This document shows positions 7,893-16,360 of a stretch of DNA of 64,000 bases, piece after piece (position 1 is the stretch's first letter; every line of letters starts with the position of its first letter). A program made the translations under genes and the position numbers. Source of the DNA: Acidobacteriota bacterium (lineage in GTDB: Bacteria > Acidobacteriota > UBA6911 > RPQK01 > JAJDTT01); assembly GCA_965263035.1 (NCBI GenBank), contig OZ253580.1, positions 4,032,001-4,096,000 of the forward strand. Direction: 5' to 3'. The notes below the pieces were generated by a model that saw only the letters and a list, made by a program, of their open reading frames with translations, did no database searches and had not been told where the DNA came from.

Positions 7893-10814
7893 ATGAGATC
7901 CAGACCGGTCTTGCTGGGGGCGTTGCCGCTGCTCTTGTCCACCGTTCTGGCCGCCGCCCCGGGTCCCAGCTTCGAAAAGGACGTGCTTCCCATCTTCACG
8001 GCCCATTGCTTCGCCTGCCACGGGGGCACGTCCATGATCGGCTTGGATCTGCGCACGGTCCAGTCGATTTTCAAGGGATCTCACAACGGTCCGGTGTTGG
8101 TGGAGGGCGACCCCGCCGAGAGCCTGCTCTACCAGAAGGTCTCGGCGCGGCAGATGCCCCCCAAGGCGTTCAACCTGGACCTGTCCCAGGAGCAGATCGA
8201 CACCATAAAAAGCTGGATCGAGGCGGGTGCGCCTCACGAGAAGGTCCAGCCCCTGCTCTCGGCGGAACAGGTGGAGCGGTTCAACCACCAGGCGCTACCC
8301 GTCTTCGAAGCCAAGTGCCTCGCCTGCCACGGCCAGGAACCCCCTCCGGGAGGCCTGGATCTGAGGACGCTGCAGGGAACCCTGAAAGGGAGCGAGAACG
8401 GGCCCGTCGTGGTGGAGGGGGCTTCCGAGTTGAGCATCCTGATCCGCATGGTCTCCAAGGGGAGCATGCCGCCGCCGGGAGTCGGGTCACCCCTCACCGA
8501 CCAGGAAATCGACAGCCTTCGGGCCTGGATCGATTCCTCCCGCTTCGGACCCGATCTCATCAGTGAGGAGCGGGAGACCTTCAGCCTTGCAGAAGCGCCG
8601 CCCATCACCGAGGAGGATCGGAGTTTCTGGGCTTTCCGCCAACCGGTGGCCGCTCCGGTGCCTCGGGTCCGGGACCAGGGGCGGGTGCGGACTCCCATCG
8701 ACGCCTTCGTCCTGGCCCGGCTGGAAGCCAAGGGGCTGGGCCTCTCCCCCGAGGAGTCGCGGCCGACACTGATGCGCCGCGCCTACTTCGATCTCACGGG
8801 TCTGCCTCCTACCCCGGAGGAGATGGAGAAGTTTCTGTCGGACCCCCGGCCGGACGCCTACGAGCGGCTGGTGAACCGGTTGCTGGAGTCTCCCCACTAT
8901 GGAGAGCGCTGGGGCCGCCACTGGCTGGACTTGATGGGCTACACCGACATCACCGGATTCGACAACGATCTTCCCATCACAAGCATCTTCGAGGGGATGT
9001 GGCGATACCGGGACTGGGTGGTCGAGGCCCTCAATCGAGACCAGCCCTTCGATCGTTTCCTGACCGAGCAGCTGGCGGGCGACGAGCTGGTCGACTGGCG
9101 TTCGGCCCAGGAGTACACGCCGGACGCGGTTCGGCTGCTGACCGCCACGGGTTTCATGCGCAGCAGCATGGACCGGACCGACTCGGATATCGTCAACCTG
9201 CCCGGAGAGAGATATTCCGTCCTGTTCGATCTGGTGGAGCGAGTCTCCACCGGAGTGCTGGGTCTCACCGTCGGCTGCGCCCGCTGCCACTCCCACAAGT
9301 TCGATCCCATTCCCCAGCGCGACTACTACCGGCTGATGGCCGTCTTCACCCCCGCCTACAATCCCATGCGCTGGAAGCAGCCCAAGGACCGCTTCCTGCC
9401 CGACGTCTCCCGTGCCGACCAGGAAGCCATCGAGCGCCACAACGCCGAGATCGACGCGCCCCAGGAGAAGCTGAAGGAAAAACTGGCCGCACTGCGCCGG
9501 CCTTATGAGGAGATGCTGCTGGACCGGAAGCTCGAGCAGGTCTCTGACGAGATCCGCTCCGACGTGAAGAAGGCGTGGCAGACGCCCGAGGAGGAGCGCG
9601 GCGAGATTCAGAAGTACCTGGCGGAGAAGTTCGCGACTCTGCTGGAGGTGAAGCCCGAGGAGGTGGACAAGGCCCTGACCGGGGAGCACAAAGCGGAAGG
9701 GGCAGGTTTCCAGAAAAAGATCGATACCCTCGAGGGATACCGCCGCAGCTTCAACAAGATCCAGGCCCTGGTCGACGTGGGGTCTCCCCCCGTGACCCGT
9801 TTGCTGCAGCGGGGAGACATCGAGTCTCCGGGACCCCGGGTCACGCCGGGCGGCCTGGCGGTCCTGAGCCCGCCCGGTCAGGACTCGATCCGGAAACCCG
9901 AGGAGACCCAGGGGGCAACGAGCGGTTATCGCTTGGGTTTGGCCAAGTGGTTGGCCAGCCGCGACCATCCGTTGACGGCCCGGGTCATGGTCAATCGGGT
10001 TTGGTACTACCTGTTGGGACGGGGGATCGTCGCCACTCCCGGAAACTTCGGCCGGAACGGATCCCCGCCCACTCATCCCCAGCTGCTGGACTGGCTGGCG
10101 GTGGATTTCATGGAGAACGGCTGGTCTCTGAAGCGGTTGATGCGAATGATCGTGACCTCCAACGTCTATCGGCAGGCCTTGCGCCAGCCGGACGGAGCGC
10201 CCGGAGAGACGGTGGATCCGGAGAACCTCCTCCTTTGGCGCATGAACCTGAAGCGTCTGGAGGCGGAGACGATCCGCGACGCCATCCTGGCGGCCAGCGG
10301 AAGATTGGACCGGACTCTGGGTGGGACGCCGGCGTTGCTTCAGTTCGACGCTTCGGGCCTGCAGACCGTTGTGGGCGAGGAACCGCACGCCCGGAACCCA
10401 TTTCGCCGCAGCCTCTACATCCTGGCGCGGAGAAATTACCCGCTCAACTTCCTGGAGGCCTTCGACTACCCCAAGATCACGGTCAACTGCACACACAGGG
10501 TCAACTCGGTGACGCCCATCCAGTCGCTGACCCTCATGAACGATCCGTTTCTGGTGGAGGAGTCCGGCCACCTGGCCGAGAGGGTCCGGGATCTGGCCGG
10601 CGAGAGTCCCGAAGAGAGAGTCCGGATGGCGTACCTTCTGACCCTGTCCCGGCAACCCAGACCGGAGGAGATTCAGATCGGTCAGGATCATCTCTGGAAG
10701 CAGGAGCGCAACTATCGTTTCTCCAACACCTCCCCGGAGAAGGCATCCGAAGCGGCGTTGTCCAACCTCTGCCAGACCCTTTTTGCCACCAACGAGTTTC
10801 TGTATCTGGAATAA
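7893..10814 (+). CDS. Planctomycete cytochrome c / DUF1549 / DUF1553 (PSD1) protein
   Basis: Signal peptide; heme motifs CFACH, CLACH, CARCH; YGERWGRHWLD, HPLTARVMVNRVW, PTHPQLLDWLA, C-terminal NEFLYL. Confidence 0.92.
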   Translation: MRSRPVLLGALPLLLSTVLAAAPGPSFEKDVLPIFTAHCFACHGGTSMIGLDLRTVQSIFKGSHNGPVLVEGDPAESLLYQKVSARQMPPKAFNLDLSQEQIDTIKSWIEAGAPHEKVQPLLSAEQVERFNHQALPVFEAKCLACHGQEPPPGGLDLRTLQGTLKGSENGPVVVEGASELSILIRMVSKGSMPPPGVGSPLTDQEIDSLRAWIDSSRFGPDLISEERETFSLAEAPPITEEDRSFWAFRQPVAAPVPRVRDQGRVRTPIDAFVLARLEAKGLGLSPEESRPTLMRRAYFDLTGLPPTPEEMEKFLSDPRPDAYERLVNRLLESPHYGERWGRHWLDLMGYTDITGFDNDLPITSIFEGMWRYRDWVVEALNRDQPFDRFLTEQLAGDELVDWRSAQEYTPDAVRLLTATGFMRSSMDRTDSDIVNLPGERYSVLFDLVERVSTGVLGLTVGCARCHSHKFDPIPQRDYYRLMAVFTPAYNPMRWKQPKDRFLPDVSRADQEAIERHNAEIDAPQEKLKEKLAALRRPYEEMLLDRKLEQVSDEIRSDVKKAWQTPEEERGEIQKYLAEKFATLLEVKPEEVDKALTGEHKAEGAGFQKKIDTLEGYRRSFNKIQALVDVGSPPVTRLLQRGDIESPGPRVTPGGLAVLSPPGQDSIRKPEETQGATSGYRLGLAKWLASRDHPLTARVMVNRVWYYLLGRGIVATPGNFGRNGSPPTHPQLLDWLAVDFMENGWSLKRLMRMIVTSNVYRQALRQPDGAPGETVDPENLLLWRMNLKRLEAETIRDAILAASGRLDRTLGGTPALLQFDASGLQTVVGEEPHARNPFRRSLYILARRNYPLNFLEAFDYPKITVNCTHRVNSVTPIQSLTLMNDPFLVEESGHLAERVRDLAGESPEERVRMAYLLTLSRQPRPEEIQIGQDHLWKQERNYRFSNTSPEKASEAALSNLCQTLFATNEFLYLE

Positions 10815-10895
10815 CGGGTGACCGTGCTGCCCGGCTGACCTCCACCGCCCCCTTACGAGCAGATCGGAGAATCGCCCCGGCCGAGTCGACAAGTC

Positions 10896-12179
10896 ATGTC
10901 CCTGGAACTGCGAAACCGGATCTTTCAGCAACTGGATTCGATGTGGCTCATCGACCCGCACACCCACATCGACCCGCACCGGCCCGCTGCCGAGACGCTG
11001 GCCGACATCCTGGGGTATCACTACTACACGGAGCTGGCCCATTCCGCCGGCATGCCCAGAGAGCAGATCGAGGACCCCGATATCGGACCCAGAGAAAAGG
11101 CGGCGCGGCTGATCGCCCATCTGGGGCCGGTGGAGAACACGGTGCAGTACAGTTGGCTGGTGGAGATGGCCCAGGCGCTGTTCGGCTTCGACGGGGACCG
11201 GATCACGCCGGACAACTGGGAGGCGGTCTACGAGTCGTCTGAGAGCCTCATGTCCTCGGAGACCTGGGAACAGGACGTGCTCCGGAGGAGCCGGCTCCGG
11301 CGGGTGTTTCTGACCAGCGACTTCGACGACCCCTTGGAGGGGTTCGACACGCAGCTCTACGTCCCCTGCCTCAGGACCGACGATCTGGTTTTCGGCCTTG
11401 CCGATCCGGCGGTGCGCCGGCGCCTGGAAGGAGCGGCTGGGGTCTCCCTCCACAACCCCACGGACTTGTGCAGCGCCATGGGCGCCCTGTTCGAACACTT
11501 CACCTCCCGCAACGCCCGGGCCGTAGCCATCTCGCTGCCGCCCGGCTTCACGCCGGAGAGGATCTCGGCAGGAGAGGCGGCCAGGGCGCTGGAAGGCATT
11601 CTGAGGGGGCGGGACGGCGGCGACGGCGACTCGCGGCGGGTGTGGTCCTTATTCGTCTTCTGGACCATCGCCGAATTCTGCTCCGAGTTCGGTCTGCCTT
11701 TCGACCTGATGATCGGAGTCAACCGGGGCGTCTACGAAGCGGGAGTCTTCCAGGGCCAGGACCTGTACGACAGCCGTGTCTCCCTGATCCAGTACCGCGA
11801 ATTGTTCAATGCCTTTCCCCGGGTGACCTTCCCCATCTCGGTGCTGGCCAGCGTCACCAATCAGGAGCTGACCAGCTACGCCTGGATCTTTCCCAACGTC
11901 GTGACCCACGGGCACTGGTGGTACTCCAACGCCCCGGCCTTTCTGGAAGGGGATCTGGCGGCCCGGCTCGAGACCGTGCCCGCCACCAAGCAGATCGGTT
12001 ACTACAGCGACATGTACAAGTTGGAGTTCGCGCTGCCCAAGTTCGCCATGTACAAGAGGACGCTGGCCAAGGTGCTGGCCGAGCGGTTCGTCATCGATCG
12101 GGGATGGTCCGAGCTCAGGGCCGTAAGGTTGGGACGGCAGGTGCTGCGGAGCAACGTCGACGCCATCTTCGGCTTCTGA
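10896..12179 (+). CDS. Amidohydrolase-superfamily enzyme, uronate-isomerase-like
   Basis: IDPHTH, LADILGYHY, GHWWY, GYYSD motifs. Confidence 0.75.
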   Translation: MSLELRNRIFQQLDSMWLIDPHTHIDPHRPAAETLADILGYHYYTELAHSAGMPREQIEDPDIGPREKAARLIAHLGPVENTVQYSWLVEMAQALFGFDGDRITPDNWEAVYESSESLMSSETWEQDVLRRSRLRRVFLTSDFDDPLEGFDTQLYVPCLRTDDLVFGLADPAVRRRLEGAAGVSLHNPTDLCSAMGALFEHFTSRNARAVAISLPPGFTPERISAGEAARALEGILRGRDGGDGDSRRVWSLFVFWTIAEFCSEFGLPFDLMIGVNRGVYEAGVFQGQDLYDSRVSLIQYRELFNAFPRVTFPISVLASVTNQELTSYAWIFPNVVTHGHWWYSNAPAFLEGDLAARLETVPATKQIGYYSDMYKLEFALPKFAMYKRTLAKVLAERFVIDRGWSELRAVRLGRQVLRSNVDAIFGF

Positions 12180-12180
12180 G

Positions 12181-12227
12181 AAAAAGCAGGAGCGACCTGG
12201 GAGGGGCGACCTTCCTGTCCCCCTGCT
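12181..12227. terminator. Hairpin between convergent genes containing a single REP-like unit
   Basis: A-run, then AGCAGG...CCTGCT enclosing GGGAGGGGCGACCTTCCTGTCCCCC (12199-12223). Confidence 0.5.
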
Positions 12228-12231
12228 AGAA

Positions 12232-12244
12232 CGCAGACTCCTAG
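12232..12244 (-). mobile_element. Remnant of a MITE terminus
   Basis: CGCAGACTCCTAG is the exact reverse complement of 44092-44104 and includes the TAG stop of the adjacent gene. Confidence 0.55.
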
Positions 12245-13290
12245 TAGCCCACAGCGTCCACCGGTTCAGGTTGAGGGAGGTCCACCTTGGCCAGGTAGAT
12301 GCTGGTCTTCTCCTCGTGCGAGGAGTAGTAGCTGAGCCAGAGCAGTCCCTCGTGCCACACCATCCCGGGGTAGCTGGTGTCCCCTCCGGAGGGTAGGCGG
12401 ATCAGTTCGGAGACGGTCCCGGCCTCAGGGTCCAGAGACCAGAGGAGGGTTCTTCTCTCCCCGTCGGGAAGGTAGAGCCGCCCGGAAGCCACCATTCTCC
12501 CGTCCGGGAGGGAGATCAGGTTGGGGCCGCCGATGCGCACACCCAACTCCTTCCAGTTCCACAGCGTGTAGGGCGGCTCCGAGACGCCCACCTGGGCCGA
12601 GTTGTCGGTCTTTCCGTCCCGCCGCAGGAGGCAGACCGCCGTTCCGTCCTCACGGAAGACGATGGCCGACTCGTTGGGATAGCCGCGGCTGAAGAAGACG
12701 TTCACGTGGGTTTCGAACTGGACCCCGTCTGCGCTCTTGTAGAGCCGGGCGAACTCCTCCTGACTGTTGCGATGGCTGGACGATCTTCTTGTCGCGTAGC
12801 CGACCCCGTAGCCCGTTCCCTCATGCCAGGTTACCCTCCAGAGCCAGAAATCTTGTTCGCCCACCGGCTCCCGGGGAGTCCACTCCTTTCCGTCCTTGGA
12901 AAAGGAAACCCACGGATTGAATTCGATGAGATCGTCGCCCAACGATCTCGTCTCCGCGCCCAGAAGCATGAGCCGTCCGTCGGGAGTGACCACGATCTTG
13001 GGATCTCTCAGGTCGTTTCCCGGTTCGGGCTGCATATGGACGGCGGAAGACCAGTCCTCTCCATCGGCGGAAGTGATCACGCGGATGGAACCGTCAGAGG
13101 AGACGTGGCCGTCTCCCTCCCGGAAGGTGCAGTACCACCGGTCCTGGAAACGGACCAGGTCGGTGAAGGCGCTGTGGGGAGCCTGGTCCCAGATCTTCTG
13201 GACCGAGACCAGCTTGGCGCCGGACGGTCCGCAACCCGCCGCAGTGGCCAGCACCAGCAGCAATCGACAGCAACGGCTCCAACCTGACAT
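12241..13290 (-). CDS. Sialidase-like/BNR beta-propeller lipoprotein
   Basis: Lipobox AAGC; AFTDL, FREG, Asp-boxes SADGEDW, SKDGKEW, SADGVQF; GGDTSYPG, LSYYSSH. Confidence 0.85.
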   Translation of the reverse strand: MSGWSRCCRLLLVLATAAGCGPSGAKLVSVQKIWDQAPHSAFTDLVRFQDRWYCTFREGDGHVSSDGSIRVITSADGEDWSSAVHMQPEPGNDLRDPKIVVTPDGRLMLLGAETRSLGDDLIEFNPWVSFSKDGKEWTPREPVGEQDFWLWRVTWHEGTGYGVGYATRRSSSHRNSQEEFARLYKSADGVQFETHVNVFFSRGYPNESAIVFREDGTAVCLLRRDGKTDNSAQVGVSEPPYTLWNWKELGVRIGGPNLISLPDGRMVASGRLYLPDGERRTLLWSLDPEAGTVSELIRLPSGGDTSYPGMVWHEGLLWLSYYSSHEEKTSIYLAKVDLPQPEPVDAVGY

Positions 13291-13357
13291 GTCGTCTCCC
13301 GTATCTCGATCCGAATTGATCCAAGATCTCGCGGCCGTAGTCGCCCGACAAGAATAA

Positions 13358-13432
13358 TGGAGCCGGCGAAGGGAATTGAACCCCCAACCTACGCATTACG
13401 AATGCGCCGCTCTACCGTTGAGCTACGCCGGC
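13358..13432 (-). tRNA. tRNA-Thr(CGT)
   Basis: GCCGGCGTAGCTCAACGGTAGAGC...CGCATT-CGT-AATGCG...GGTTCAATTCCC...GCCGGCTCCA; cloverleaf with encoded CCA. Confidence 0.97.
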
Positions 13433-13453
13433 TCCCAATGGAGGAAAGGACAC

Positions 13454-13483
13454 ATTATAGGAACAAGTCCCCAGAACTGCCAA
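13454..13483 (-). promoter_or_regulatory. Sigma70 promoter of tRNA-Thr
   Basis: Minus strand TTGGCA-N18-TATAAT, about 20 nt upstream of the tRNA. Confidence 0.7.
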
Positions 13484-13489
13484 CGAGCG

Positions 13490-13544
13490 TGAGCCGATTT
13501 CCGGTCGGAAATCGCATTCCTCCGTGAAAGGAGGTATCGCGATG
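13490..13544 (+). promoter_or_regulatory. Conserved upstream element, copy 1 (TGAGCC-N17-CGCATT plus SD-covering hairpin)
   Basis: Recurs with the same 17-nt spacing at 14228 and 14809. Confidence 0.65.
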
Positions 13545-14054
13545 TTGAGTTTGAGGATGGAATCTTATCGGACCCAAGGAGTTGTATTGGCACTGGTGGG
13601 ACTGATCTCCCTACCGTTGCGTGCGGGAGTGATTTCCGGACGTTGGGAGAAGGTTTCCCAACTGGAGGCCGGAGCGCCCCTCACTCTGGAAATGAAGAAC
13701 GGGGATCGAATCAAGGGGCATTTCATGGGGCTATCCGAGTCAATCTTCGAACTCCTGATCCACCCCTCTCGAGCCGCGATTCCGAGAGATGACATCCAGA
13801 GGATTACGCATCATCCGAGGGATGGCGTGGGCGACGGAGCCGGGCGTGGAGCGTTGGTCGGTGCAGGGATTGGAGGAGGGTTTGGAGCCTTACTCGGGAC
13901 TAATGACGGTGGTGGCGCAGAGGGCATGATGGCTATAGGGGCTATTGGCGCTGGGATTGGTGTCTTGATCGGGGTCGGACTCGGTTTGGTCGCCGATGCC
14001 GCCACTAAGAGCCCAACCGCGGTCGTCTACGAAGCCCCGCGAATCTCCCGATAA
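13542..14054 (+). CDS. Exported Sm-like domain + glycine-zipper protein, paralogue 1
   Basis: GGAGG SD; signal peptide ending PLRA; GRWEKV...GDRIKG; GxxxG helices; VYEAP end; clear homology to the next three ORFs. Confidence 0.85.
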   Translation: MLSLRMESYRTQGVVLALVGLISLPLRAGVISGRWEKVSQLEAGAPLTLEMKNGDRIKGHFMGLSESIFELLIHPSRAAIPRDDIQRITHHPRDGVGDGAGRGALVGAGIGGGFGALLGTNDGGGAEGMMAIGAIGAGIGVLIGVGLGLVADAATKSPTAVVYEAPRISR

Positions 14055-14227
14055 ATGGCCTTCCGTCAAGTTTTCTTCCGTGGCTGTCCTGGCCAGCAGT
14101 GAACCCTGATCGATTCAATCGAAACTCTGTTCGTTTGTGGCCGCTGTGACCGCGTCGATGCCTGAGCGGCGGGTCGACGTCTGTTCATCGTGGCTGGGAA
14201 CAAATTCCCCGGAATTGCCACCGGGGG

Positions 14228-14283
14228 TGAGCCAATTTCAGAAGAAAAATCGCATTCCTCGGTGAAAAGGAGGTGTCGCGATG
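14228..14283 (+). promoter_or_regulatory. Conserved upstream element, copy 2
   Basis: TGAGCC (14228)-N17-CGCATT (14251)...GGAGGTGTCGCGATG. Confidence 0.65.
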
Positions 14284-14763
14284 ATGAAGTCGTACCGAAA
14301 ACAAGTCGTCTCATTGATCCTTGTGTGCCTGATCTCACTGCCGTTGCAGGCGCAGGTGATTCCAGGACGCTGGGAGAAGGTCTCGGCCCTGCAGGTGGCG
14401 TCACCCATCACGGTGGAACTGAAGGATGGGGATCGAATCAAGGGTCACTACGAAGACCTTTCCGCCACCGACGTCATGCTGGTGACCCACTTCTCCCGGG
14501 CGGTGATTCCCAAAGAGGACATCGAGACGATCACGATTCAACCGGAGGACGGCCTGGCCAACGGAACGCTGATCGGAGGCGCGGTTGGAGCAGGGATCAT
14601 GGGTATATGGACCACCGCTGCGTATGCCAAGTCGTATTCGAGTGTGAATCCGCTGGGTGTATTGATGGTGGCCGGCATTGGATTCGGAATCGGGGCCGGG
14701 CTTGGCGCCGCGGGCGATGCCATGAACAATCCCGTGCCCATCGTCCTCTACGAAGCTCCCTGA
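14281..14763 (+). CDS. Exported Sm-like domain + glycine-zipper protein, paralogue 2
   Basis: Same architecture; VIPGRWEKV, ITVELKDGDRIKG, IVLYEAP. Confidence 0.88.
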   Translation: MMKSYRKQVVSLILVCLISLPLQAQVIPGRWEKVSALQVASPITVELKDGDRIKGHYEDLSATDVMLVTHFSRAVIPKEDIETITIQPEDGLANGTLIGGAVGAGIMGIWTTAAYAKSYSSVNPLGVLMVAGIGFGIGAGLGAAGDAMNNPVPIVLYEAP

Positions 14764-14808
14764 CAACCTGGACTACGTCTTGGTGCGGCATCGGACCGCC
14801 TGCGTCGT

Positions 14809-14865
14809 TGAGCTAATTCCCGCCAAAAAATCACATCTCCCTGTGAAGAAGGAGGTGTTGTGATG
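14809..14865 (+). promoter_or_regulatory. Conserved upstream element, copy 3
   Basis: TGAGCT (14809)-N17-CACATC (14832)...GGAGGTGTTGTGATG. Confidence 0.6.
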
Positions 14866-15348
14866 ATGAATTCAAGGATGAAGTCGTGCCGGATCCAAGC
14901 GATCTCTTTGGCCCTGGCGGCATTGATCTCACTTCCATTGCGAGCGGACGTCATTCCGGGACGATGGGAAAAGGTCTTGGCCCTGCCGGTGTCATCTCCC
15001 ATTACCGTGGAACTGAAGGACGGGGATCGAATCAAGGGTCACTACGAAGGCCTTTCCGCGACCGACATTATGGTTGTGAGTCACTTCTCCCGCGCGGTGA
15101 TTCCGAAGGAAGACATCGAGACCATTACGATTCAACCGGAAGACGGTGTGGGGGACGGAGCCGGGATCGGATTCGGCGTTGGGACCGCAATTGTCTTGGG
15201 AGCAATGGCCAAGCACGGAGGTGGAGAGGGTGCAATTGCGGCGCTCTTGTTGTTCGCCGGCGTCGGGACAGGAGTCGGGGCCGGGCTCGGAGCAGCGGCA
15301 GATGCCGCGACGAGGCCCGTGGAGATCGTGCTCTACGAAGCTCCCTGA
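14863..15348 (+). CDS. Exported Sm-like domain + glycine-zipper protein, paralogue 3
   Basis: Mature N-domain nearly identical to paralogue 2, different hydrophobic C-module. Confidence 0.88.
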   Translation: MMNSRMKSCRIQAISLALAALISLPLRADVIPGRWEKVLALPVSSPITVELKDGDRIKGHYEGLSATDIMVVSHFSRAVIPKEDIETITIQPEDGVGDGAGIGFGVGTAIVLGAMAKHGGGEGAIAALLLFAGVGTGVGAGLGAAADAATRPVEIVLYEAP

Positions 15349-15400
15349 CCACCGTCAACACGACGCGCGCGGCCTCTGCCGGGCCATAGGAGGTATTTCG

Positions 15401-15901
15401 ATGACACTCCCAATGATGAACTCCTTCCGGATCCTTGAAATCTCCGCTGCGCTGGCAGCAATGCTGTCACTATCGGCTAGTGCGGAGGTGATTCCAGGAC
15501 GTTGGGAGAAGGTCTCCAGTCTGGCCGTGGCGTGGCCAATCACCGTTGAATTGAAGAACGGCGATCGAATCAAAGGAAACATCAGCGACCTGTCCGATTC
15601 GAACCTCACACTGGCGACCCACGCTGCCCGGGCGGTCATTCCGAAAGCGGACATTCAAACCATCACCACTCGCCCTAGGGACGGAATGGCCAATGGTGCC
15701 AAGAATGGAGCTGCAGTCGGAGCTGGGTTCGTCTGCGCACTTGCTGCCGCGTTTGTGATTGCAGAACGGCGTGCGAAACCCATTTGGGTGTTGTCCCTTA
15801 CGCCCATCGGGGCGGCAGTGGGAGCCGGGATCGGTGTGGCTGTCGACGCCGCCATGAACGTGCGGCCCATCGTTCTATACGAAGCGCCCGAGAGTCGCTG
15901 A
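15401..15901 (+). CDS. Exported Sm-like domain + glycine-zipper protein, paralogue 4
   Basis: AGGAGG SD before ATG 15401; signal ending ASA; same motifs. Confidence 0.88.
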   Translation: MTLPMMNSFRILEISAALAAMLSLSASAEVIPGRWEKVSSLAVAWPITVELKNGDRIKGNISDLSDSNLTLATHAARAVIPKADIQTITTRPRDGMANGAKNGAAVGAGFVCALAAAFVIAERRAKPIWVLSLTPIGAAVGAGIGVAVDAAMNVRPIVLYEAPESR

Positions 15902-15942
15902 GGCAGTTCCGGAAAGAGTTTCCCGTTCTTTATTCCGGTAGT

Positions 15943-16266
15943 TCAGGACTGGGCCTGCTTGAGGGCGGCGGCTTGGGCCTTGGCGCCCATGTCCTCCGCC
16001 TCCTGGATCCAGCCCTTCGCGTGGTAGAACATGGACAAACTGGTGTAGGCCAACGGGTTGTCCGGCTCCACGTCCCGGTAGCGGAGGCCGTACTTGAGCG
16101 CCCGGTCCAGATCCTTGTTGTGGTAGCAGCACATGGCTGCGGCGTGCAGGGCGTCGCCGTAATCGGCATCCTCTTCAAGCGCCCGGTCGAAGGCGGCGAC
16201 GGCTTCGTCCATGCGGTCATCGGCGAAAAGGTCCATTCCTTTGAAGTAGTAGTCTTCCTTGGGCAT
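15943..16266 (-). CDS. Small TPR protein
   Basis: EAVAAFDRALEED and PDNPLAYTSLSMFY TPR patterns; start at MPKEDY with GAGGAG SD. Confidence 0.8.
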   Translation of the reverse strand: MPKEDYYFKGMDLFADDRMDEAVAAFDRALEEDADYGDALHAAAMCCYHNKDLDRALKYGLRYRDVEPDNPLAYTSLSMFYHAKGWIQEAEDMGAKAQAAALKQAQS

Positions 16267-16360
16267 CGGCTCCTCGAAAACATCGTCCCCCACGCCCGGC
16301 GTCCCGTCAAGGAACCGGACCGAGGGCGATTCGTTGGTGAATTCTCCGTGTTCTGATTTT

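Noticed and set aside
8487-11498. 1003-aa antisense ORF, and similar ones at 3380-5032, 17715-19250, 28929-30599, 33638-35170, 36306-38447 and 39706-41373
   Set aside because: Shadow frames of well-supported genes in high-GC DNA; no recognisable motifs.
1-13432. Genomic island integrated at the tRNA-Thr 3' end
   Set aside because: No integrase and no duplicated tRNA 3' end seen; composition mostly host-like. The far boundary could lie outside the window.
13460-15901. Repeat/variable pattern as a CRISPR array, integron or DGR
   Set aside because: The repeats are coding paralogues; no cas, integrase, attC or reverse transcriptase; differences are not adenine-specific.
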